This document shows positions 21,573-28,401 of a stretch of DNA of 64,000 nucleotides, piece after piece. The stretch's first letter is position 1. Each line of letters begins with the position of its first letter. A program made the position numbers and the translations under genes. Origin of the DNA: Eubacteriales bacterium (lineage in GTDB: Bacteria; Bacillota; Clostridia; Oscillospirales; CAG-272); the NCBI GenBank assembly GCA_045643885.1, contig JAZRFY010000027.1:8230-72229 (forward strand), read 5' to 3'. The notes beneath the pieces were generated by a model. It saw only the letters and a list, made by a program, of their open reading frames with translations. It did not search any database and was not told the DNA's origin.

Positions 21573-22088
21573 ATGAAAGCCTTGAAAATATTGATATTTT
21601 TCACACTTTTAGCCATTTGTCTTTCAGCCTGTGCCTATTCGGACGGCACCGATAAAAAAGATGGTATTCTTCTTGACGGTGACGTTCTTTCATCCATAAT
21701 CAAGGACGCACAGGATAAAGAAAACTCTCTTACAGCAAACGAGGGTGACGTGTTTTGGACATCGTCGGGAAAGATATGGCATAAAAGCGCAGATTGCTCA
21801 TATCTTTCAAATTCAAAGGAAATCTATCATGGAACAGTTGACGAAGCAATGCTTGAGGGCAAGGAAAGAGCCTGTGACAGATGCTTTGCAACAGAAGAGG
21901 ATAAGATTTATCTTGAGATTGAAAATGAGCCGATAAAGAACGGAGACGTCTTTTTCACAAGGGACGGAGCTTCCTGGCACAGTGACATAAACTGCAGTGC
22001 TATATGTGGAGCAGAAAAGATATATAACGCAAGTCCTGAAAAGGCCTCAGCGCTTGGAAAGGACAATTCTTGCGAATGTAATAAATAA
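21573..22088 (+). CDS. small lipoprotein with two copies of a His/Cys-rich module
   Basis: Lipobox LSAC. The duplicated pattern is GDVF[WF]T..G..WH....C...Y...GK..C..C. Confidence 0.65.
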   Translation: MKALKILIFFTLLAICLSACAYSDGTDKKDGILLDGDVLSSIIKDAQDKENSLTANEGDVFWTSSGKIWHKSADCSYLSNSKEIYHGTVDEAMLEGKERACDRCFATEEDKIYLEIENEPIKNGDVFFTRDGASWHSDINCSAICGAEKIYNASPEKASALGKDNSCECNK

Positions 22089-22119
22089 TTCATCTATGGT
22101 ATTAACCGAAGGAGTATTT

Positions 22120-22623
22120 ATGACGATCAGACTTGCAGAAAAAAAGGATATCGACAGAATTATGCATATTATTTCCGACGCACGCTCAAGCATCGGAAGA
22201 CTTGGCATTGACCAGTGGCAATACGGATATCCCACAAGAGATATAGTTAAAGAAGACGTCGCACTTGAGCGTAGCTTCGTGGTGTGCGACGGTGAAAATA
22301 TCTATGCAACCTTTGCCCTTATGATGAACGGTGAGCCGACGTATAAAAAGATTTACTGTGGCTCATGGCTTGGTGACGGTGAATACCTTGCATTACATAG
22401 AATCGCAATCGATTCAGCACATAGAGGACAGGGCATTGCCGAAGAGATTATTGAATTTCTCAAAAGATTTGCGTCCGAAAACGGATACGTAAGCGTTCGC
22501 GTTGATACACACGAGGGCAATATTCCCATGAGAAAAATGCTCGAAAAGAACGGTTTTGAATACTGTGGCACGATCCATCTTTTAGACGGTCAGTCCAGAG
22601 TGGCATACGAAAAATTGGTATAA
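22120..22623 (+). CDS. GNAT-family N-acetyltransferase
   Basis: ATG after GAAGGAG. Acetyl-CoA motif [13 protein letters not shown] and a C-terminal [13 protein letters not shown] motif. Confidence 0.85.
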   Translation: MTIRLAEKKDIDRIMHIISDARSSIGRLGIDQWQYGYPTRDIVKEDVALERSFVVCDGENIYATFALMMNGEPTYKKIYCGSWLGDGEYLALHRIAIDSAHRGQGIAEEIIEFLKRFASENGYVSVRVDTHEGNIPMRKMLEKNGFEYCGTIHLLDGQSRVAYEKLV

Positions 22624-22630
22624 GGAAATT

Positions 22631-23101
22631 ATGGCAGAAAATAAAAGTAACGTTAAGATAATATCTCAAAATAAAAAGGCGTATCACGACTATTTTATCG
22701 ATGAGAGATACGAGGCAGGCATTGAGCTTTTCGGCACAGAGGTCAAAAGCATTCGTGCAGGCAGAGTAAATTTAAAGGAATCCTATTGCGACATCAAGGA
22801 CGGTGAGGTTTTTGCCGTTGGTATGCACATAAGCCCCTATGAACAGGGCAACGTGTTCAATAAGGATCCCCTTCGTCCCAAAAAGCTCCTCCTTCATAAG
22901 AGGGAGATACTCAAGCTTTTCGGCTTGGTATCACAAAAGGGATACACACTTGTTCCGCTTCAGATATATCTTTCCAATTCGCGTGTAAAAATGGAGATAG
23001 GACTTTGCCGAGGCAAAAAGCTCTATGATAAGCGCGAGGATATGGCGCGCAATGATGCAAAGCGCGATATGGAAAGAGCATTCAAATCACACAACGATTA
23101 A
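22631..23101 (+). CDS. smpB: SsrA-binding protein SmpB
   Basis: [10 protein letters not shown]...GTEVKSIR...LLLHKREI. 156 aa. Confidence 0.95.
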   Translation: MAENKSNVKIISQNKKAYHDYFIDERYEAGIELFGTEVKSIRAGRVNLKESYCDIKDGEVFAVGMHISPYEQGNVFNKDPLRPKKLLLHKREILKLFGLVSQKGYTLVPLQIYLSNSRVKMEIGLCRGKKLYDKREDMARNDAKRDMERAFKSHND

Positions 23102-23116
23102 AATTGGAGAACTGAA

Positions 23117-24610
23117 ATGAACCAAAGCTTCGATAATCAAAGATATATTGAATTACAATCAAAGCACATCAACGATAGGATCGAACAGTTTGGAGGCAAG
23201 CTCTATCTTGAGTTTGGCGGCAAGCTTTTTGACGATTATCACGCATCCCGAGTGCTTCCCGGCTTTATGCCCGACTCCAAGCTCCATATGCTTTTGGCGC
23301 TTAAGGATAAGGCAGAGATTGTCATCGTTGTAAATACCGACGATATCGAGAAAAACAAAATAAGAGGTGACCTTGGAATCACCTATGACCTTGACGTGCT
23401 TCGTCTTATAGACGCGTTCAAAAACGTTGGACTCTATGTTGGAAGCGTTGTGCTTACCCGATTCGAGTCCGTGCACCCTGCAGTTGCCAAATTCGAGCGT
23501 AAGCTTGAAAAATTAGGCATTAAGGTGTACCACCACTATACGATCCCCGGCTATCCCTCCAACGTAGCAAAGATTGTCAGTGATGACGGCTTTGGCAAAA
23601 ACGAATATGTTGAAACTCAAAGAGAGCTTGTTATCGTAACAGGTCCCGGTCCCGGTAGCGGTAAGATGGCTGTGTGCCTCTCCCAGCTCTATAACGATAA
23701 TAAGCAGGGAATTAAGGCAGGATATGCAAAGTTTGAAACCTTCCCCATATGGAATAAGCCCCTCCGTCACCCTGTAAACCTCGCTTATGAGGCTGCAACG
23801 GCTGACCTTAACGACGTAAATATGATTGACCCCTATCACCTTGAAAAATATGGTGAAATGGCAGTAAACTATAATAGAGACGTTGAAATTTTCCCCGTCC
23901 TCGATGCGATATTCAAGGGGATCTACGGTGATAAATCCCCCTATTTCTCACCCACTGATATGGGTGTAAATATGGTCGGAAATTGTATCATCGACGATGA
24001 GGAGGTAATAGACGCGTCAAAGAGAGAGATCGTTCGTAGATATTATGACGCACTTTGTGCCTATAGGGATGATGATACCGAGAGAAATAAGAATTCCGTT
24101 CAAAAGATAGAGCTTCTTATGCAGCAGGCAGGCATCACAAAGAATTATCGTAAGGTAATTGCTGCGGCAAAGGCAAAGAGTGAAGAAACCGGTGTTCCCA
24201 CGGCGGCAATCGAGCTTGCTGACGGACGAATCATCACGGGTAAAGCAACCGACCTTCTTGAAAGCGTTTCTGCAATGCTCCTCAATGCATTGAAGGAGAT
24301 AACAGGCATTCCCGACGAGATACACCTTCTCGCACCCGAGGTAATCGAGCCCGTTCAAAAGCTCAAATGTCAGTATCTTTCAAGAACCTATAAGAAGTTG
24401 AACGTAAATGAGATTCTCATCGCACTTTCAATTTCAGCACATACCTCTGCAACGGCGGCGCACGTGCTTAAGCACCTTCCCAAGCTTGCAGGATGCGATA
24501 TCCACTCAACCGTAATGCTCCCAAGTGCCGACGTCGAGGTCCTCAAAAAGCTCGGACTCAACGTCACCTGCGAGCCCAAATATCAAATCAAAGAAATCTT
24601 CATTGGATGA
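23117..24610 (+). CDS. UPF0371/DUF1846-family protein
   Basis: N-terminus FDNQRYIELQSKHINDRIEQFGGKLYLEFGGKLFDDYHASRVLPGF matches my memory of this conserved Firmicute family. Confidence 0.8.
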   Translation: MNQSFDNQRYIELQSKHINDRIEQFGGKLYLEFGGKLFDDYHASRVLPGFMPDSKLHMLLALKDKAEIVIVVNTDDIEKNKIRGDLGITYDLDVLRLIDAFKNVGLYVGSVVLTRFESVHPAVAKFERKLEKLGIKVYHHYTIPGYPSNVAKIVSDDGFGKNEYVETQRELVIVTGPGPGSGKMAVCLSQLYNDNKQGIKAGYAKFETFPIWNKPLRHPVNLAYEAATADLNDVNMIDPYHLEKYGEMAVNYNRDVEIFPVLDAIFKGIYGDKSPYFSPTDMGVNMVGNCIIDDEEVIDASKREIVRRYYDALCAYRDDDTERNKNSVQKIELLMQQAGITKNYRKVIAAAKAKSEETGVPTAAIELADGRIITGKATDLLESVSAMLLNALKEITGIPDEIHLLAPEVIEPVQKLKCQYLSRTYKKLNVNEILIALSISAHTSATAAHVLKHLPKLAGCDIHSTVMLPSADVEVLKKLGLNVTCEPKYQIKEIFIG

Positions 24611-24620
24611 TATAATAAAA

Positions 24621-24650
24621 GCACTTGCAAATGCAAGTGCTTTTGTTGTT
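24621..24650 (+). terminator. terminator of the DUF1846 gene
   Basis: Inverted repeat gcacttgca/tgcaagtgc followed by TTTTGTTGTT. Confidence 0.65.
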
Positions 24651-24672
24651 TTACTTGTTTTTTCTCGTGAAA

Positions 24673-24713
24673 TCTTCGGTCACCGTTCAAAAACAACACA
24701 CTGTGTTGTTTTT
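24673..24713. repeat. left copy of a 41-nt direct repeat (16-nt box plus terminator-like hairpin)
   Basis: tcttcggtcaccgttc + aaaaacaacaca-c-tgtgttgttttt. It matches 38/41 nt of 27530-27570. On the minus strand it is placed to terminate the islet operon. Confidence 0.8.
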
Positions 24714-24810
24714 ATCCTTGCTTTCCTAGCCCAAAACGAGTAGGCATCTCTCCAAAAAAGCGATTTCCGAGGAGCTGGTCGAGACAAGCTCGGCAGACTT
24801 CGGAAGCATC

Positions 24811-24898
24811 TCGGAAAGTTGGTTGCGATATGGAGACAGTCCTCGAAAAGAAGTTCGGAAACTTGGTTGCGATATGGTAACAATCCTCGGAAATGTTT
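24811..24898. repeat. non-coding tandem repeat, 2 x 44 nt, with a degenerate third unit at 24767-24810
   Basis: Unit 1 is 24811-24854 and unit 2 is 24855-24898. They share TCGGAAA-n-TTGGTTGCGATATGG-nn-ACA-n-TCCTCGrAAA. No plausible ORF covers them. Confidence 0.8.
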
Positions 24899-24923
24899 AG
24901 GATATGTTAACTATTGTTCATTA

Positions 24924-25487
24924 TCAAATGTATTCGATAGGCAAATGACCATAAATAATCTTATATTCTGCGGATTTATAGTATTCTTTTACTTTTTCTT
25001 GATTTTGAGAAATGTAATCATTTGCTCCTGCTATTAAAGCATCTATTAATCCAATTACATTTATGGAAACACTAGTATCACCAACAAAATTTTCTGCCAC
25101 ATTGCATAAATAGGAGTCGCCACAATGAGCAGAACAGTCTGACACACATAAAGAAAATGTATCTATAATACCATTTTTGTTATTACTATTCGATTTCAAA
25201 TCGTTATTTCCAGCATGCAATACAGAACATCTTAAAGCATAGCAATTATTCCCGTCGAATTTGCTATTTTCCATCCCTTTGTTTATTAGTTCATTTTGAG
25301 ATTTAGAAAATTCATAATATGGATATATCCATTTGTTAAACCATTCAACATACTCTTCGCGATGGGTTTTTCTATTATGTTCTATATTACTTAAAATATT
25401 AGGGAGTGTTAACGCCAATGCTAAAGCTGACACATATGCTTTGCTGTTTTTTGCAACTGTGATATCATTGATTATATCTTCTACCAT
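24924..25487 (-). CDS. hypothetical 187-aa protein with an Rx4H motif (possible HEPN-like RNase)
   Basis: AT-rich ORF 7 nt downstream of the zinc-ribbon nuclease gene. Motif YALRCSVLHAGN (R86-x4-H91). Composition suggests a predominantly helical protein. Confidence 0.65.
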   Translation of the reverse strand: MVEDIINDITVAKNSKAYVSALALALTLPNILSNIEHNRKTHREEYVEWFNKWIYPYYEFSKSQNELINKGMENSKFDGNNCYALRCSVLHAGNNDLKSNSNNKNGIIDTFSLCVSDCSAHCGDSYLCNVAENFVGDTSVSINVIGLIDALIAGANDYISQNQEKVKEYYKSAEYKIIYGHLPIEYI

Positions 25488-25494
25488 AGACTAG

Positions 25495-26739
25495 TTATAC
25501 CTTTGCTTTTTTCTTGTTTTTGGCACATATGGGACATCCAGTTCCATTATTTCTATGACTTATGGTTGCCTGCCATTCATGTTTGTTACTACATATCCAC
25601 CATACTTTTTGGCTGCTATTAGGCATAACTTCAGTTGGTAATAATTCATTGTTTTTTTCATAATTCCATTCGTTAGCTAAAATTGGATTAACTGTTTGTA
25701 AATCGTTTTCACCTTTAACTGCATATCTGCCTGAACAATATGGACATCCTCTTCCTTTATTTCGGTTTTTAATCATCGCTTGCCATTCATGTCCTTTATT
25801 ACATTTCCACCAAACCTTTTTGTGACTATTAGGAGTTACATCTTCTGGCATTAAATTTCCGTTCTTTTCATAATTCCATTCATTGGCTAATAGAGGATGA
25901 ATTGTATTTAATTCGTTGTAACCTTTTAATATTTTTTTGTTTGAGCAAATTGGACATCCATAACCATTATTTCTATTAGCGATAGCTGCTTGCCATTCAT
26001 GTCCTTTATTACATTTCCACCAAACTTTTTTATGACTATTAGGAGTTACATCTTCTGGCATTAAATTTCCGTTCTTTTCATAATTCCACTCATTGGCTAA
26101 AGTAGGATTAATTGTATGTAAATCATTATAACCTCTCAATATTTGTTTGCTTGAGCAAATTGGACATCCGCGCCCATTATTTCTATTGTATATTGTTGCT
26201 TTCCACTCGTGACCTTTGTTACACTTCCACCAAGCATTATATCCACTATTGGCGGTAAAGTGATATGGTTTGGATTCTCCGTTTTTTTCATAATTCCATT
26301 CGTTAGCTAAAATTGGATTAATCGTTTGTAAGTCATTATAACCTTTTAATACATTTTTACCTATACAATAAGGACATCCAACCCCACTATTTCGACTGCC
26401 TATTGTAGCTTGCCATTCATGTCCATTACTACATTGCCACCAAACTTTTTGTTTACTATTCGCAGTAAAATTTTCAGGTTTTAAAGTTTGATTTTTTATA
26501 TAATTCCATTCATTTGCCAAAAATGGATTCGTAGTTTGCAAATCATTATAGCCTTTTAATACTTTTTTGTTTGAACAGTATGGACAGCCGTATCCCTTAT
26601 TTCTATTATCTACTGTGGATTGCCACTCGTGACCTTTGCTACATATCCACCATACTCTTTTTCCACTATTAGCTGTTAAATGTTCTGGGATTAAACGACC
26701 GTTTTTTTCGTAATTCCATTCTTTTGCAATTTCAGGATT
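25495..26739 (-). repeat. six tandem 210-nt (70-aa) coding repeats inside the zinc-ribbon gene
   Basis: The WNY motif recurs at residues 221/291/361/431/501/571 of the ORF-track protein. Blocks 25778-25890 and 25988-26100 differ at only 3 positions. Confidence 0.9.
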
Positions 26740-27369
26740 TACAATATACAAAGACCTATCCTTTTCAATGTAATCTCTCAAATTTTCGATTTCTATGGAA
26801 TCTCTTTCAAGATCAATGTCAACATTTTCTCCGATTATTTCTTTTAAAATCATCTGAAGTATTGCCGAAAAGTTTTTTTCTACAACGTAGTCAATAGAAC
26901 TATCGTTTAGGGGGGGCAATTTTTCTCTTATTCGGTACAGTTTAATTCCATCTTTTTGACACTTTCGATTTTTTGCTAAATCCTTTTGCTGTTTATTTTT
27001 ATGCCAAAAATACCCATCATATTCAATTGCAATGTTTTTGGATGGGATATAGATATCTAATTCATAGCCTCTATCATTATATGAATGTATTACATCCAAA
27101 CCATATTTTTGTAGATAATACACAAGTGAATATTCAGGAAGAGAGGTTCTACGTTCAGAATTGCACAATGGACAACCGCTCCCTGTGTGTCGACTATTTA
27201 TTACTGCTTGCCACTCGTGTCTTTTATGACATTTCCACCAAACTTTTTTACCACTACCGCAAGTAAGTTTTGTGGGATCGAATCCAAGTTCATTATTCTT
27301 CTCCCAATCCCATTCTGCCATAAGTTGAGCATTATCGCTCACGTATTTCTTTTCTTTCTTTTCTGCCAT
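25495..27369 (-). CDS. multi-zinc-ribbon (DUF4379-like treble-clef repeats x7) protein with an embedded Vsr/DUF559-like PD-(D/E)xK endonuclease domain
   Basis: Seven repeats of the pattern L(A)xEW(N/D)YEKN...P...NS..KVWW(K/I/Q)C..GHEWQA.I..RN.G.GCP(Y/I/L)C. The nuclease core is YELDIYIPSKNIAIEYDGYFWH...KLYRIRE (26923-27147). Start taken at ATG 27369; an in-frame GTG at 27378 is an alternative. Confidence 0.85.
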   Translation of the reverse strand: MAEKKEKKYVSDNAQLMAEWDWEKNNELGFDPTKLTCGSGKKVWWKCHKRHEWQAVINSRHTGSGCPLCNSERRTSLPEYSLVYYLQKYGLDVIHSYNDRGYELDIYIPSKNIAIEYDGYFWHKNKQQKDLAKNRKCQKDGIKLYRIREKLPPLNDSSIDYVVEKNFSAILQMILKEIIGENVDIDLERDSIEIENLRDYIEKDRSLYIVNPEIAKEWNYEKNGRLIPEHLTANSGKRVWWICSKGHEWQSTVDNRNKGYGCPYCSNKKVLKGYNDLQTTNPFLANEWNYIKNQTLKPENFTANSKQKVWWQCSNGHEWQATIGSRNSGVGCPYCIGKNVLKGYNDLQTINPILANEWNYEKNGESKPYHFTANSGYNAWWKCNKGHEWKATIYNRNNGRGCPICSSKQILRGYNDLHTINPTLANEWNYEKNGNLMPEDVTPNSHKKVWWKCNKGHEWQAAIANRNNGYGCPICSNKKILKGYNELNTIHPLLANEWNYEKNGNLMPEDVTPNSHKKVWWKCNKGHEWQAMIKNRNKGRGCPYCSGRYAVKGENDLQTVNPILANEWNYEKNNELLPTEVMPNSSQKVWWICSNKHEWQATISHRNNGTGCPICAKNKKKAKV

Positions 27370-27407
27370 AATGCTCACTCACTTTCTTGAATTTTGTTTA
27401 TAGATTA

Positions 27408-27436
27408 ATTATATCACGAATTATTAGTGAATGCAA
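27408..27436 (-). promoter_or_regulatory. sigmaA-type promoter of the islet operon (TTGCAT-17-TATAAT)
   Basis: On the minus strand: ttgcat tcactaataattcgtga tataat, with TG at -14/-15 relative to the -10. It lies about 40 nt upstream of the ATG at 27369. Confidence 0.55.
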
Positions 27437-27529
27437 CGAATTTTGCAAATGTTTGGAATTTTAGGGGAATTCGCTCTTGAATTTTGTGAGGCAATGAGCA
27501 AAAGAGGTAAGGTTTATGCCTCGCAAAAT

Positions 27530-27570
27530 TCTTCGGTCACCGTTCAAAAACAGCGCACTGTGCTGTTTTT
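27530..27570. repeat. right copy of the 41-nt direct repeat; probable ssrA terminator
   Basis: tcttcggtcaccgttc + aaaaacagcgca-c-tgtgctgttttt. On the minus strand the hairpin plus T-run lies about 80 nt after the tmRNA CCA end. Confidence 0.8.
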
Positions 27571-27651
27571 TCACTGCGTTCGATTCCCCTCATTTTATGC
27601 AACGAAAAAATAACAAGGGAGCACTCTAAAGAGCACCCCCTTATTATTTTT

Positions 27652-28044
27652 TGGTGGACTCGAGGGGAATCGAACCCCTGTCCGAAAACCTCTTGATATG
27701 ACCTTCTCCGTGGGCAGTCAGTTTTTATTACTTCCCACTAAGAACCGCCAACTGACAGGCAATTCTTAGTCCGTAGCACCTTTGTGCTTGATCGGTTCAG
27801 GTGCGACCACCGATGCAAGTTCACCACTACGATCACGCTCAGTCCGCAGTCGTGGTCCTCTGCGGAGGAACGGGTAGCCCACAGGCTACAGCACCGCCAA
27901 TTGAAGCGCCCTAAGGCGCGTCAATTAGGCAGCCATTGCAACAGTATTGTTGTCGTTTAATTTAAAGTTTGAGCAGTTATCGGGATTACTCAGCCCGCCA
28001 CGCTTATCATACCTCAAAATCCCCGTCGAAACCATTACGAGCCC
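27652..28044 (-). ncRNA. ssrA: transfer-messenger RNA (tmRNA)
   Basis: The minus strand reads 5' GGGCUCGUAAUGGUUUCGACGGGG ... GGGGUUCGAUUCCCCUCGAGUCCACCA 3'. The acceptor stem has a G3:U pair. An internal tag frame ends ...ACU GUU GCA AUG GCU GCC UAA (..TVAMAA*), at 27925-27957. Confidence 0.92.
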
Positions 28045-28058
28045 ATGTATGATGCTAT

Positions 28059-28087
28059 ATTATACACTATTTTCTTTAAATAATCAA
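28059..28087 (-). promoter_or_regulatory. ssrA promoter (TTGATT-17-TATAAT)
   Basis: On the minus strand: ttgatt atttaaagaaaatagtg tataat. The -10 lies 14 nt upstream of the mature 5' end. Confidence 0.55.
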
Positions 28088-28163
28088 TAGATTTTTGACG
28101 AAAACAAATTTTTCTTGCTATTTTTATCAAAATATGTTATTATGAACACAGTGAGGTGAATTT

Positions 28164-28400
28164 ATGTTTTTTGATATATTTAAGAAGAAAGAAAAGAAGA
28201 GTGACTGGCCCGAAAAAGCCATTTACAAGCCGCGCGATTTCGTTCGATTCAGACATCGTGGAGAGCTTCATTTCGGCTTCACTCACGAGGCTCATCTTGA
28301 CGAAGAAGGAAACGTTCTTTACACAATTCAGATGGGTGGGGAATGTCCCACGTTCGTTTATAACTATAAAGAAGAAAATATCGTTGGAAAGGTGAATTGA
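28164..28400 (+). CDS. small hypothetical protein (78 aa)
   Basis: Good ribosome-binding site (GAGGTG, 7-nt spacing). Its stop lies 1 nt before the start of the next gene. No family recognised. Confidence 0.55.
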   Translation: MFFDIFKKKEKKSDWPEKAIYKPRDFVRFRHRGELHFGFTHEAHLDEEGNVLYTIQMGGECPTFVYNYKEENIVGKVN

Positions 28401-28401
28401 T

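Noticed and set aside
24680-25037. Short ORFs 24680-24883 (minus) and 24819-25037 (plus) in the islet's left flank, and 27431-27613 (plus) in the right flank
   Set aside because: They run through terminator hairpins, tandem repeats or the promoter region, and they overlap the 3' end of a better gene. They have no ribosome-binding site and give implausible peptides.
25495-26739. Regularly spaced repeats that could superficially suggest a CRISPR array
   Set aside because: The period is 210 nt with no unique spacers between short repeats. The whole region is one continuous ORF encoding 70-aa zinc-ribbon units.
27621-27650. Possible terminator hairpin immediately after the tmRNA CCA end (gggagcactctaaagagcaccccc)
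   Set aside because: The two halves are a direct repeat (gagcac...gagcac), not an inverted one, and only about 3 bp can pair. The real hairpin plus T-run is at 27546-27571.
24611-28163. Search for an integrase, transposase or excisionase that would make the ssrA-adjacent block a classical mobile element
   Set aside because: No ORF in any frame shows tyrosine/serine recombinase or DDE motifs. The block is therefore described only as an islet with repeat boundaries, not as a mobile element feature.
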